64,000 nucleotides of DNA. Source: Bacteroidia bacterium. GTDB lineage: Bacteria; Bacteroidota; Bacteroidia; Palsa-965. Positions 9,838-20,446 of the stretch are shown piece by piece. Where the stretch lies: NCBI GenBank assembly GCA_025454955.1, contig JALONL010000003.1:271426-335425 (forward strand), given 5' to 3'. Both the position numbers and the translations under genes were made by a program. Within the stretch, counting starts at the first letter, position 1. The number at the start of each line of letters is the position of its first letter. The notes beneath the pieces were generated by a model. That model made no database searches and was not told the origin of the DNA. It was given only the letters and a program-made list of their open reading frames with translations.

Positions 9838-9874
9838 AAAAAAACGGCAGCCTTTCAAAATCAGGCTGCCGTTT
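9838..9874 (-). terminator. Intrinsic terminator after the T9SS gene 9893..11209
   Basis: Stem AAACGGCAGCCT/AGGCTGCCGTTT with a U-tract on the minus strand. Confidence 0.75.
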
Positions 9875-9892
9875 CAGGTAAAAAAGGCTTTA

Positions 9893-11209
9893 TTAGTCGG
9901 CCACCACCATGCGGCGGGTAACACGCTCGCCATTCACGTTAAGTGTGTAGAAATACACACCGGCCTGAAGGTTGTTGGTGTTAAACTCAATCTGGTAAGT
10001 GCCGCGGGCCTGTGTGCCCTGATCGAAGCTCAGAATCTGCTTGCCGGTTACGTCGAAAATGTCGAGCTGTACATCGCCGCCGTTTTCGAGCGAGTAACGG
10101 ATCATGGTTTCGCCGGTGGCCGGGTTGGGTACGTTCTGGGCAAGACCAATGTTGCCCTGCAATTCTTCTTCAATGCCTACGTTGAGCGAGGTCACTTTAT
10201 AAGAAATAAGGTGGTGCTCAAATGCATAGGAGGCATTGGTAAAGGCGTAAGTCGGAATAAAGCGGCCATTCCATGAATTGGGAGGATAAAGGTTGTAGCG
10301 GCCCTGCGTGGTTACTAAGCTCGATACGTTCCAGTCGCACTGCGGGCTCGATGAGTTGGGGCAGTAGTTGTAAATAAGGAATGTACCGGCGCCCTGCTCT
10401 TCGTAGCTGGCAAAGTAAAATGCGTTGAGGTTGGTTACCGTGTCGTTAAGCTGGTAAGTAAAACCAGGCTTGAATGTAATGGACGAACCCACAATTTTAC
10501 CGCCGGGAACCGCAAACTGGTTGGTGCTCCACACTTTTTCGCGGAAGAATGTGGCAGCCGTGTCGGCAGCAGTGAGCGGAATTTTGTAGGTAGCCACGCC
10601 CGAAGCATTAATGGAATTGGTTTGATAATTATAGTTGATGGCTTTGAAATACACCGTATCAAAACCAAAATTGGTAAGCATGGTGGCGCCCGAGAAAAAG
10701 AAAGTGGGCATGTTGGTGTTGTTGGTGTTGTAGAAAAGGTTCACCACCAGTGTGTCCACAATATTCGGGTTCGGGTGGTTGCGCTCGTAGGCATACACCA
10801 GCGCCATGGAGTCAACGGTATAGCTGTTCCAGCTATTCCAGTTAATGCCCGATGTGGATTGGAAAGCATCGGCATTTACATCCAGAACGTTGCCGATGTT
10901 GTTGATCCAGATTGGCTCGTAACTTACCGGGCTGCCAAATTCGCCAAGAATAAGCGAATCCCATCCTAAGTAATTTGAGTTCAGATCAGCTATACCTCCG
11001 TAAACAGAATCCACCGCAAAGCCATAGTTCAGCCAGTAGGTTTCGGTAGTACGGTTGTTGTTTTGCTCAAATTTTTTGGTAAACACTTCGGGTTTATACC
11101 CGGGGCGGTGACTGGGATAGAGCGGTCCGTTTGAATTCTGTAGGGTTTGCGCAGAAATGCTTCCTGCAATACCACATGCAAGTAGAAAGAGGGTAGTTTT
11201 GTTTATCAT
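9893..11209 (-). CDS. T9SS type A CTD secreted protein of unknown function
   Basis: Signal peptide ISA|Q. C-terminal QNVPNPA...FDVTGK...AGVYFYTL...RRMVV. Paralogous to 11451..12698. Confidence 0.88.
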   Translation of the reverse strand: MINKTTLFLLACGIAGSISAQTLQNSNGPLYPSHRPGYKPEVFTKKFEQNNNRTTETYWLNYGFAVDSVYGGIADLNSNYLGWDSLILGEFGSPVSYEPIWINNIGNVLDVNADAFQSTSGINWNSWNSYTVDSMALVYAYERNHPNPNIVDTLVVNLFYNTNNTNMPTFFFSGATMLTNFGFDTVYFKAINYNYQTNSINASGVATYKIPLTAADTAATFFREKVWSTNQFAVPGGKIVGSSITFKPGFTYQLNDTVTNLNAFYFASYEEQGAGTFLIYNYCPNSSSPQCDWNVSSLVTTQGRYNLYPPNSWNGRFIPTYAFTNASYAFEHHLISYKVTSLNVGIEEELQGNIGLAQNVPNPATGETMIRYSLENGGDVQLDIFDVTGKQILSFDQGTQARGTYQIEFNTNNLQAGVYFYTLNVNGERVTRRMVVAD

Positions 11210-11377
11210 GAGTTCCCGTTTTGATAGGTTGAAGATACAAAGTAGTTTTATTTCCGCACCTCTTTTTTATTCTACTTTAATATCTGGCAGTTTTCAGGCA
11301 TTGGATGGTATGACTGGTTAAATACCCGGTTTTTATCGGAAAAATACCCCGGAATGCCTAAAAAATGGGATTTAAGG

Positions 11378-11409
11378 TTTGTGGTTTGCCGGAAGAATCA
11401 CTATTTTTG
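11378..11409 (+). promoter_or_regulatory. Consensus Bacteroidota promoter
   Basis: TTTG-N20-TATTTTTG, about 40 nt upstream of ATG 11451. Confidence 0.7.
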
Positions 11410-11450
11410 GACTTGCAAACTAAAAGTAACATTAAGTACATCTTCACAAC

Positions 11451-12698
11451 ATGAAAAAAATTTACATGCTTGCTCTGGCAGGCCTCGCCACTGTGACAGT
11501 TAATGCTCAGCGTGCCGGCAACCAGGTTTCCGCACCCCGCACGGTAAACAATCCCCAGCTCCGCACCGAGCAGACAACCCGTTTCCGCGCTCAAATGACC
11601 GAAGACAACCGCGCCTCTTACTGGCTGTGCTACGCCCTCCAGTTGGATGATGCCAATGGCCCTTCTGCCGGTCTGGCCGTAGGCGATTACATGCTCATTT
11701 TCCCCGATTCAAACATTATCATCGGTCAGTTCACCACCGGCGAAACTGCTTACCCGCAGTTCCACAAAGGTGCTACCATGCTCGACCCCAAGAACATGCC
11801 TGTTCAGGGTATCGCCGCTACAACTCCCTATCTGCTCGATTCAGTAGGTATCGTTTACGCTTACCTGCGTAACACCGCTTCTACCGTAACTGATACCCTG
11901 CAGGTTCAGATCATCCGCAACGATGCTTCACTGCTGTGGGATCTTACTAATGCCACCTATCAGGACATTACCTACATCCACACCAACAACACGATCACTG
12001 CTTCGCAGGTACTGGCTACCTACAACATTCCCCTCACCGAAAGCGACAGCTCTAACTTCCCCGCCGAAATCTTCATCAACACTTCAAACGTGCCCCAGCA
12101 GGCTGCCGGCAACCGTATTGGCGTGGTGGTAAGCTACAAGCCCGGTTACACCTACACCGCTACCGACTCAATCCAGCAGAAAAACTCTTTCTATATGTTC
12201 TCTTATGAGAACAATGGTGCTGCTACCGATCCTACATTCTACGGTACCATCAGTGACGGCACTTCAGACATGAACTGCTCGTACTCGCTGCCCGTAACTG
12301 TTCGTTACAACTTCAACCCCAACGGCTGGAATGGTTATTTCATTCCCACCTGGGCTTATACCACCGCTTATACATACGAGAACCACATTATCGAGTTCAA
12401 AGTATCAGAAGTAGTAGGTATTGAAGAAGCCAACCTCGGTCTTTCTGCCAGCACCTGGCCCAACCCGGCTAACAACGAAATCTTCGTGGCCTACACCCTG
12501 AAAAACGATGCCGACGTAACCATCGAAGTTACCGACCTCACCGGCCGCGTGGTAATGAGCCAGCGCGAAGGCGATCGTGGCCAGGGCGAGTACCGTGTTG
12601 CCCTCAACACCGAAAACCTTGCCGAAGGCACCTACCTCGTTAACGTGCGCACCGAAGGTGCTGCCAAAGTATCTTCTAAAATCGTTGTGAAGCACTAA
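11451..12698 (+). CDS. T9SS type A CTD secreted protein of unknown function
   Basis: Signal peptide VNA|Q. C-terminal TWPNPA...DLTGR...EGTYLVNV...KIVVKH. Confidence 0.88.
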   Translation: MKKIYMLALAGLATVTVNAQRAGNQVSAPRTVNNPQLRTEQTTRFRAQMTEDNRASYWLCYALQLDDANGPSAGLAVGDYMLIFPDSNIIIGQFTTGETAYPQFHKGATMLDPKNMPVQGIAATTPYLLDSVGIVYAYLRNTASTVTDTLQVQIIRNDASLLWDLTNATYQDITYIHTNNTITASQVLATYNIPLTESDSSNFPAEIFINTSNVPQQAAGNRIGVVVSYKPGYTYTATDSIQQKNSFYMFSYENNGAATDPTFYGTISDGTSDMNCSYSLPVTVRYNFNPNGWNGYFIPTWAYTTAYTYENHIIEFKVSEVVGIEEANLGLSASTWPNPANNEIFVAYTLKNDADVTIEVTDLTGRVVMSQREGDRGQGEYRVALNTENLAEGTYLVNVRTEGAAKVSSKIVVKH

Positions 12699-12717
12699 GC
12701 TCACCGATTTCAGATAT

Positions 12718-12753
12718 AAAAAGAGAGCCGCATTTTGCGGCTCTCTTTTTTTT
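12718..12753 (+). terminator. Intrinsic terminator (likely bidirectional)
   Basis: AAAAAGAGAGCCGC-loop-GCGGCTCTC followed by a T-tract. Confidence 0.85.
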
Positions 12754-12957
12754 GTGATAATTGAAACCGAATCCGGGAAATTTGAATTCCCGGCATCTAA
12801 AACGATGTCAGGTAATTCAAAAAATAAATTTCCTATAGGTTCAGCGGAAGGAAATGACCGAAGTGTGCCGGTAATCACAACCCAAAACGGGAAAAGGTTT
12901 CGGGCAATTTGTTGTGGTTGGGTGAATACCCCCAATTTTTCAAATTCTCATTCGTAT

Positions 12958-12997
12958 AAAATAAAACGCGGCTGCTCCGGTTTGGAACAGCCGCGTT
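12958..12997 (-). terminator. Intrinsic terminator after gcvP
   Basis: Stem AACGCGGCTG/CAGCCGCGTT with a U-rich tail on the minus strand. Confidence 0.7.
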
Positions 12998-13014
12998 GTT
13001 TGTTTGGTGGCTAT

Positions 13015-15867
13015 TTACACTGCTGCTTCGGCATACGCTTCAATGGGCAGGCAGGAGCATACCAGATTGCGGTCGCCGTAGGCATTGTCCACGCGGCCCA
13101 CGCTGGGCCAGAATTTCATGTCGCGCACCCAGGCAAGCGGGTAGGCGGCTTTTTCGCGGGGGTAGCTGTGGTTCCACTCGCTGCTTATCACGCTGGCGGC
13201 GGTGTGCGGCGCGTTTTTGAGTACGTTGTCGGTGCCGTCGGCATTGCCTTCGGCTATCTCGGCAATTTCGTGGCGAATCATAATCATGGCTTCGCAGAAA
13301 CGGTCGAGCTCGGTTTTGGGTTCGCTTTCGGTGGGTTCTACCATTAAGGTATCGTGTACCGGGAAAGCTACCGTGGGCGCGTGGAAGCCATAATCCATGA
13401 GGCGTTTGGCAATGTCGGCCACCTCTACTTTGGCGGTGCGCTTAAACTCGGCGCAATCCAGAATCATTTCGTGGGCGCAGCGTCCGTTTACGTTGGTGTA
13501 AAGTATGGGATAGTGCTTTTCCAGACGGGCCTTAATGTAGTTGGCATTGAGAATGGCCAGCTTGGTAGATTCAGTCATTCCGTATCCGCCCAGCATTTTG
13601 GCATAGCCGTATGAAATGAGCAGAATAAGCGCACTTCCGTAAGGAGCGGCCGATACTGCGGGAATGGCCTGGTCGCCACCGGTTTTTACCAGCGGGTGGC
13701 CCGGCAGGAAAGGCACAAGGTGTTTGGCCACACCAATGGGGCCCATGCCGGGGCCGCCACCGCCGTGCGGAATAGCAAAGGTTTTATGCAGGTTGAGGTG
13801 GCATACGTCGGCGCCAATGTTTCCGGGGCTGGTAAGGCCAACCTGTGCATTCATGTTGGCACCGTCCATATACACCTGTCCGCCGCGCTCGTGAATGATG
13901 GAGGTAATTTCCATAATGGCCTCTTCAAACACGCCGTGGGTTGACGGATACGTAACCATGAGGCACGAGAGGCGGTCTTTGTGCTGCTCGGCTTTGGCGC
14001 GGAGGTCTTCCACGTCTATGTTGCCGTGGTCGTCGCATTTCACCACCACAATGTCCATACCGGCCATGGCGGCCGATGCGGGGTTTGTGCCGTGGGCCGA
14101 CGAGGGAATGAGTGCCACATTGCGGTGATGATCGCCGCGGCTGATGTGCCAGGCGCGTATTACCATCAGTCCGGCATATTCGCCCTGTGCGCCCGAGTTG
14201 GGCTGAAACGACATGGACGCAAAGCCGGTGGCGTCGCTGAGAATGTCGTTGAGTTCGTTAATGATTTGTGTGTAGCCTTCGGCCTGATTTACGGGCACAA
14301 AGGGGTGGAGGTTGGCAAATTCGGGCCAGGTAATGGGTATGAGTTCGGCGGCGGCATTGAGTTTCATGGTGCACGAGCCGAGCGAAATCATGGAATGCAC
14401 CAGCGAAAGGTCTTTGTTTTCGAGGCGTTTGATGTAACGCATCATTTCGGTTTCGGAGTGGTGCGTGTTGAAAACGGGGTGTGTAAGGTATGCGCTGCTG
14501 CGGGCAATGCTGTCCTTTACCGGGCTCTGGCCTTTGGCCGAAAGTGTGGCGCCAAACAATGCGGCCAGATCGTTCAGGTCGTTTTCGCGCACGGTCTGAT
14601 CGAGGCTGATGCTTACCGTGCCCTGGCCGAAACGCAGGTTAATGGCGGCGGCTTCGGCTTTGGTGCGCAGGCTTTCGGCGGTGGTGCCAGCGGGAAGTTC
14701 AAAGGTAATGGTGTCGAAGAATGCGCTGTTTACGCGTTTTAGTCCGGCTGCTTCGAGTGAGGCGGCGAGGCGCGCGGTGGCTGTGTGTACTTCTTCGGCA
14801 ATGCTGCGTATTCCGTCGGGGCCGTGATATACGGCATACATGGAAGCCATAATGGCCAGCAGCGCCTGCGCGGTGCAGATGTTGGAAGTGGCTTTGTCGC
14901 GTTTAATATGCTGTTCGCGGGTTTGCAGGGCCATGCGCAGAGCGTGGTTGCCGTGGCTGTCAACCGACACGCCGATGATGCGGCCGGGCATGAGTCGTTT
15001 GTAGTCTTCGCGGGCGGTGAAGAAAGCAGCGTGGGGGCCGCCGTAACCCATAGGCACACCAAAGCGCTGCGAGTTGCCGAAAACCACATCGGCTCCCCAC
15101 TCGCCGGGAGGAGTGAGCAGGGCAAGGGCCAGCAGGTCGGTGGCTACGGCTACTCCGGCACCGGCTGCGTGGGCGGCATCGGTAAAGGCTTTGTAGTCGG
15201 CCACTTCGCCGTGCATATCGGGGTATTGGAGCACGGCACCGAAAACCATATCGGTAAAGGTAAACGTGCGGTGATCGCCGATGATGAGTTCAATATTGAG
15301 CGGGGCCGAGCGTGTTTTGAGCAGGTCGATGGTTTGCGGGTTGCACTGTTCAGACACAAAGAACTGATTAGCATTGCGTTTTACGGCATCGCGGCTGCGG
15401 TTTCCGTAAAGCATGGTCATGGCTTCGCCTGCGGCAGTGGCTTCGTCGAGCAGCGAGGCATTGGCCATGGGCATGGCGGTAAGATCCATTACCATAGTCT
15501 GGAAATTGAGCAGTGCTTCGAGGCGGCCCTGCGCAATTTCGGCCTGATAAGGCGTGTAGGCCGTGTACCAGCCCGGATTTTCGAGAATGTTGCGAAGAAT
15601 TACCGGAGGCGTAATGGTGCCGTAGTAACCTAAGCCAAGGTAGCTGCGGAAAATTTTGTTTTTGCCGGCCACCGTCTTGAGGTAGTTCAGGTAATCGAAC
15701 TCGCTCATTCCTTCGGCAAATTTCAGCGGCTGTTTGAGCCTGATGGCTGCCGGAATGGTTTGTTCAATGAGTTCGTCCACCGAACCAATGCCGATGGTGT
15801 TAAGCATTTCCTGCGCCTCTTTTGCCGAGGGGCCGATGTGACGTCGCACAAAGCTGTCCGTAGCCAT
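13015..15867 (-). CDS. gcvP: Glycine dehydrogenase (glycine cleavage P protein)
   Basis: Motifs [32 protein letters not shown] and [18 protein letters not shown]. Start at MATDSF, with a TATCTTTG box at 15904-15911. Confidence 0.98.
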   Translation of the reverse strand: MATDSFVRRHIGPSAKEAQEMLNTIGIGSVDELIEQTIPAAIRLKQPLKFAEGMSEFDYLNYLKTVAGKNKIFRSYLGLGYYGTITPPVILRNILENPGWYTAYTPYQAEIAQGRLEALLNFQTMVMDLTAMPMANASLLDEATAAGEAMTMLYGNRSRDAVKRNANQFFVSEQCNPQTIDLLKTRSAPLNIELIIGDHRTFTFTDMVFGAVLQYPDMHGEVADYKAFTDAAHAAGAGVAVATDLLALALLTPPGEWGADVVFGNSQRFGVPMGYGGPHAAFFTAREDYKRLMPGRIIGVSVDSHGNHALRMALQTREQHIKRDKATSNICTAQALLAIMASMYAVYHGPDGIRSIAEEVHTATARLAASLEAAGLKRVNSAFFDTITFELPAGTTAESLRTKAEAAAINLRFGQGTVSISLDQTVRENDLNDLAALFGATLSAKGQSPVKDSIARSSAYLTHPVFNTHHSETEMMRYIKRLENKDLSLVHSMISLGSCTMKLNAAAELIPITWPEFANLHPFVPVNQAEGYTQIINELNDILSDATGFASMSFQPNSGAQGEYAGLMVIRAWHISRGDHHRNVALIPSSAHGTNPASAAMAGMDIVVVKCDDHGNIDVEDLRAKAEQHKDRLSCLMVTYPSTHGVFEEAIMEITSIIHERGGQVYMDGANMNAQVGLTSPGNIGADVCHLNLHKTFAIPHGGGGPGMGPIGVAKHLVPFLPGHPLVKTGGDQAIPAVSAAPYGSALILLISYGYAKMLGGYGMTESTKLAILNANYIKARLEKHYPILYTNVNGRCAHEMILDCAEFKRTAKVEVADIAKRLMDYGFHAPTVAFPVHDTLMVEPTESEPKTELDRFCEAMIMIRHEIAEIAEGNADGTDNVLKNAPHTAASVISSEWNHSYPREKAAYPLAWVRDMKFWPSVGRVDNAYGDRNLVCSCLPIEAYAEAAV

Positions 15868-16086
15868 ATTTTTTTGATGGATGTGTGGTGTGAAAAACAG
15901 GCACAAAGATAACCGTTTTTATGCCTCAAACAGTTTACAGGGTTTATCGCCTTTTTGTACTATTTATTATCGAAAATCAAGGGCCAACATTCCACACTTT
16001 TAGATAAAATCAGGCTGGCGGCATTTGTCTCGTCGGTTAGATTGTATAGTTTAGACTTTTACTCACCTACAAATTCCTCATTTCAC

Positions 16087-16431
16087 ATGAATCAATACAC
16101 ACCACCGCCACCCGGTTACAACCAGCCTTACGGAAATCAGCCCGGTTTCCCGCCCATGCAGCAGGATCTGCCCGATGCATCGACTATACAGATATTGGGT
16201 ATTCTTTCGCTGGTGCTTACCGGGCTTATCGGACTCATTCTGGCAATCATTGCTTTGTCTAAGAGCAAACAAGCAATGAGCACTTATCAGCAGAATCCAG
16301 GTGTATATTCTGAGGCATCATTTTCTAAAGTAAAAATAGGAAGAACCTGTGCCATTATAGAACTGTGCCTGTTTGGGCTCCTGCTGCTTATACTCTTTAT
16401 TGTGCTGGGCTTCGTAAGTTTTGCCGGCTAA
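16087..16431 (+). CDS. Small membrane protein (CCC-motif/DUF4190-like)
   Basis: Pro/Gln-rich N-terminus, ILGILSL hydrophobic segment, Y...PG.Y and GRTCAII. Start moved to ATG 16087. Confidence 0.7.
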   Translation: MNQYTPPPPGYNQPYGNQPGFPPMQQDLPDASTIQILGILSLVLTGLIGLILAIIALSKSKQAMSTYQQNPGVYSEASFSKVKIGRTCAIIELCLFGLLLLILFIVLGFVSFAG

Positions 16432-16448
16432 TACGTTCTGATAAACAG

Positions 16449-16483
16449 AAAGAGGTTTCCCGTGTGCGGGAAACCTCTTTTTT
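16449..16483. terminator. Bidirectional terminator between convergent genes
   Basis: Perfect 14-bp stem AAAGAGGTTTCCCG/CGGGAAACCTCTTT plus a T-tract. Confidence 0.85.
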
Positions 16484-16499
16484 GCATTGTTGCCGTAAA

Positions 16500-17516
16500 T
16501 TATACCTGTGCAGCCGAGTATCGTTTCATGTAATCGCAGGCGGTGTCCACCATTTCGCTGGAGCCGGCAAAGAACGGGGTGCGTTGGTGCAGTGTTTTGG
16601 GTTCGATTTCGAGAATGCGCTGGAAACCATCAGTGGCTTTGCCTCCGGCCTGTTCGATAATAAAGGCCAGCGGGCTGCACTCATAAAGCAGGCGGAGTTT
16701 GCCTTTGGGCGAGGAGGCGGTGGTGGGATAAATGTAAATGCCGCCGGTAATGAGGTTGCGGTGAATATCGGCCACGGCCGAGCCAATGTAGCGCGAAGAG
16801 TAGGGGCGTTTGGTGGCTTTGTCTTCTTCCTGGCAATACTTGATGTATTTTTTCACGCCATCGGGAAAATGTACGTAGTTGCCTTCGTTTATCGAATAGC
16901 TTTTTCCGTTGGAGGGCGTTTTCATGTTCGGATGCGAAAGGCAGAACTCGCCGATGGACGGATCGAGGGTAAATCCGTTTACGCCTTTGCCGGTGGTATA
17001 AACCAGCATGGTAGATGAGCCGTAAATGATATAACCTGCAGCCACCTGTTCGGTGCCGCGCTGCTGAAAATCTTCGTGTGTGGCAGGGCCGGTGAGCGAC
17101 ACACGGCGGTAAATGGAGAAAATGGTGCCCACCGACACGTTTACATCAATATTGGAAGAACCGTCGAGCGGATCCATTGCCACCACGTATTTCGCATTGC
17201 GCGATTGAGGGGTGTCGATGGGGATAATGTCTTCGTTTTCTTCCGAAGCAATTCCGCAGCATTCGCCACCCACGCTGAGCGCGGCAATAAACTGCTCGTT
17301 GGCAAACACATCGAGCTTTTTTACCGATTCGCCCTGCACATTGGTTTCGCCCACTTCGCCCAAAATATCGGCCAGTCCGGCTTTGTTTACTTCGCGGTGT
17401 ACAATTTTGGCGGCTATGCCAATATCGCGCAGCAGGCGCGAGAGTTCGCCTTTGGCGTAGGGAAAATCGTTTTGTTTCTCAATAATGAATTGTCCGAGGG
17501 TCTTTACTTTGCTCAT
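16500..17516 (-). CDS. fbp: Class 1 fructose-1,6-bisphosphatase
   Basis: Motifs [33 protein letters not shown] and GKLRLLYE. Confidence 0.97.
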   Translation of the reverse strand: MSKVKTLGQFIIEKQNDFPYAKGELSRLLRDIGIAAKIVHREVNKAGLADILGEVGETNVQGESVKKLDVFANEQFIAALSVGGECCGIASEENEDIIPIDTPQSRNAKYVVAMDPLDGSSNIDVNVSVGTIFSIYRRVSLTGPATHEDFQQRGTEQVAAGYIIYGSSTMLVYTTGKGVNGFTLDPSIGEFCLSHPNMKTPSNGKSYSINEGNYVHFPDGVKKYIKYCQEEDKATKRPYSSRYIGSAVADIHRNLITGGIYIYPTTASSPKGKLRLLYECSPLAFIIEQAGGKATDGFQRILEIEPKTLHQRTPFFAGSSEMVDTACDYMKRYSAAQV

Positions 17517-17685
17517 GTGGCTTGGATGCTTTGTGCAAAGATCGGAAAAGGCGGGGAAAATCCAGTTTTTTTCATTTTGATGCCATTTGCAAAGTGTATT
17601 CTCTAAATTGACGGTCTGTAGTTGCCTGAATGGTTTTATTGTTACAACTTAGTCCTGCACTTCCCCCCCATAAACTTCTCAAACC

Positions 17686-20340
17686 ATGAATTTTCGATTT
17701 CTCCTCCCGGGAATAATTTGCATTTTCCTGCTTTCATGTACCCCACTTTTTGGCCAGTTCAGTTATGTTACCGGCCCGTCATTACCACAAACTGAAATCA
17801 GCCTGCGGCGCGCAGCCACTGTTGATGCCGCCGGAGGCGTGTGGGTTGGCTTCAGACAAAGTATAGGCTATTACAATGGCTCAAACTGGCGCATTTATAC
17901 CGATACTTCCGGTATTCCGTTTTCACGTTTGAAAAAAGTAGAAGCGGCCACTGGTTCAGTATGGTTTGCCTCTGCCGATTCGGGTGTGGCTGTGCTGAAC
18001 AATACCATCTGGACGGGCTACAACACACAAAACTCGGCGCTGGTAAACGATACCGTGCGCGATATTTCGGTTGACGGAAATACGGTGTGGATTGCCACTG
18101 CAAATGGGTTGTCGTCGTTTAATGGTTCGGTGTGGAATACTTACACCACGTCTAATTCGGCGATGTTGAGTAATGATCTGCTCGATGTATCGGCTGAGAA
18201 TGGAATTGTGTGGATGGTTGCGGCAGGCGGTGTATGCCGGTTTGAAACGGCCACGCAAATATGGACTGCTTTTCCGCTGTCGGTGCTGCCGCCGGTGGGA
18301 AATTTAACGGCCATACTTGTCAGCGGAAACGATGTCTGGCTGGGCGGTTCGGATGGTGCGGCATATTGGAACAACGGCAGCTTTCGTTCTGTCAGCGAAA
18401 TTACCGACGGAATAGATTTTCCGGTATTATCCATTGAAAAAGGTGCGCAGGGAATGCCTCTTTTTCTATCCGGCCCATCGCCCCGTTTTGGCGTTCAGTT
18501 GAGGATGAACGCAGTGCCTCATCGTATTTCTGTCAGTCCGCTGAGCAGTTTTTTGGGTGCCGTATCGCTGACTTACTCCTCACAAACCAACAACTATATT
18601 TATGTGGGTCAGGCCAGCGATATGTCGCCCAACCCCGGCTATCAGGTGTTTGGAACAGGTGATACTGATCCCGGCATAAGTGCATTGAGTAATTATTCCA
18701 GCAGCCGCCACAGCAACCTGAATAATGTGGATGCCGTATTTCACACCCGTGGCGATTTTGGCTGGGATTTACTGAGTTCAGCTTCTTTCGAAGTTCCCAA
18801 AGGCGGCGGAACCAATACTCTCTTTTCTTCGGGCCTATGGGTTGGTGGCTATGATGTGGGCGGGCAGCTTCATCAGGCTGCAATGACGTACAGGCAAACG
18901 GGAATTGATTATTTCCCCGGCCCACTCGATACGGTTAATGCCACCACCGACAGTGCCACGGCATCGCAATACAATTACATCTGGAAAATTAACCGCACTG
19001 ATATTGAAGCCTTCATTTATCATTTTGCGCAGGGCAATGTGCAAAATGGTTCATTCACACCGGCAGGCGATATTTTAAGCTGGCCTGCGCAGGGCACGGG
19101 AAATTTTTCGCGCAGTCTTGCCCCGTTTTTTGATGCCAACAGCAACGGAATTTACGACCCGCTCACTGGTGGTGATTATCCGGTGATTAAAGGCGATCAG
19201 ATGCTGTACTGGATTTTCAACGATAATCTGGCTCCACACACCGAAACCGGCGGCCTGCCTTTGGGGCTGGAAGTACACGCATCGGTTTGGTCATACGCCT
19301 GCCCGGCTTTGCCCGACAGCCAGCAGGTGTTGAACACTACGGTGTTTTACAGTTACGAACTTATTAACCGGAGTGCAACAGCCTACTCCCAAACTCGGGC
19401 AGGTTTGTTTCAGGATTATGACCTGGGCAGCTTCTCGGATGATTTTGTAGGTTCTGCCCCGGCCGATAATGTGTGTTTTGTATATAACGGACTTGCAAAT
19501 GACGGAGCCGGGCCACCGGCCGTTCCGTCAACCTACGGGGCCAATCCTCCGGTATTCGGATTAACCGTGCTTGACGGGCCTCCGGGCGATTTGCTGGATG
19601 GTATTGATAATGATAATGACGGACAAATTGATGAGCCGGGCGAAAAGAATCTGCTTTCGCATTTCCAGTATTACTCCAATGATTTTACGGTGACCGGCAA
19701 TCCTACCACGGCACTGCATTTTTACAATTACCTTAATTCACATTGGACAGATGGCACGCCGGTAACCTTTGGCGGTAATGGTTACGGCGGTGTTACTCCT
19801 GCATCGTTCATGTTTTCGGGCGCACCCTTTGATACTGCCCAATGGAGCGAGCCCACTGCCGGAAATGTTCCTTCCGACCGAAGAGGTGTGGCTTCTACCA
19901 ATATGGAGGACTTTACTCCCGGCGAATCGATTACACTTACCTATGCCCAGGTATGGAGCCGCGATACAACCGCCGTACACGGCACACCGGGCTACATTAA
20001 TTTCTTTCTCAACGATGTGCGCCGTGTGCAAAACTGGTATGCTACAAACAGTTTTCCCTCGTGCGTAAACTGGACAGTGAGCACCAGCAGCGAAAACACG
20101 GCACCGGAGGCAAAACTCTATCCCAATCCGGGCAGCGAACTGGTTACACTCGACTATTTGCCGCAAACCCGCCATGCACAGTTGCAGATTATCGACCTTA
20201 CCGGGCGTGTGGTGCAGGAGGAACAATTAACTGCACAGCCGCTAAATGTATTTAATGCAGCCGCATTGCAGCCGGGCGTATATCTGTTGCGTGTAACCGA
20301 CGGTGCGCAGGTTATTGTTTTCCGCTTTGTGCGCCGGTAA
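17686..20340 (+). CDS. T9SS type A CTD protein: beta-propeller repeats + conserved domain of unknown function
   Basis: Signal peptide. Regulator-propeller-type repeats (VWIATANGLSSFNG, YNTQNSAL). EVPKG...GLWVGG...AAMTYRQ domain. CTD LYPNP...DLTGR...GVYLLRV. Confidence 0.85.
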   Translation: MNFRFLLPGIICIFLLSCTPLFGQFSYVTGPSLPQTEISLRRAATVDAAGGVWVGFRQSIGYYNGSNWRIYTDTSGIPFSRLKKVEAATGSVWFASADSGVAVLNNTIWTGYNTQNSALVNDTVRDISVDGNTVWIATANGLSSFNGSVWNTYTTSNSAMLSNDLLDVSAENGIVWMVAAGGVCRFETATQIWTAFPLSVLPPVGNLTAILVSGNDVWLGGSDGAAYWNNGSFRSVSEITDGIDFPVLSIEKGAQGMPLFLSGPSPRFGVQLRMNAVPHRISVSPLSSFLGAVSLTYSSQTNNYIYVGQASDMSPNPGYQVFGTGDTDPGISALSNYSSSRHSNLNNVDAVFHTRGDFGWDLLSSASFEVPKGGGTNTLFSSGLWVGGYDVGGQLHQAAMTYRQTGIDYFPGPLDTVNATTDSATASQYNYIWKINRTDIEAFIYHFAQGNVQNGSFTPAGDILSWPAQGTGNFSRSLAPFFDANSNGIYDPLTGGDYPVIKGDQMLYWIFNDNLAPHTETGGLPLGLEVHASVWSYACPALPDSQQVLNTTVFYSYELINRSATAYSQTRAGLFQDYDLGSFSDDFVGSAPADNVCFVYNGLANDGAGPPAVPSTYGANPPVFGLTVLDGPPGDLLDGIDNDNDGQIDEPGEKNLLSHFQYYSNDFTVTGNPTTALHFYNYLNSHWTDGTPVTFGGNGYGGVTPASFMFSGAPFDTAQWSEPTAGNVPSDRRGVASTNMEDFTPGESITLTYAQVWSRDTTAVHGTPGYINFFLNDVRRVQNWYATNSFPSCVNWTVSTSSENTAPEAKLYPNPGSELVTLDYLPQTRHAQLQIIDLTGRVVQEEQLTAQPLNVFNAAALQPGVYLLRVTDGAQVIVFRFVRR

Positions 20341-20446
20341 CACCAGTTGCGAAAGCCGCACAGCCATTTACCACATTACTGCAAACTGCCCTGAATGAAT
20401 AAACTACATTCAGGGCAGTTTAGTTACATTTGATCTGACCCTTCTG

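Noticed and set aside
12754-13347. 197-aa plus-strand ORF
   Set aside because: It crosses the gcvP terminator and overlaps gcvP antisense, with no recognisable features.
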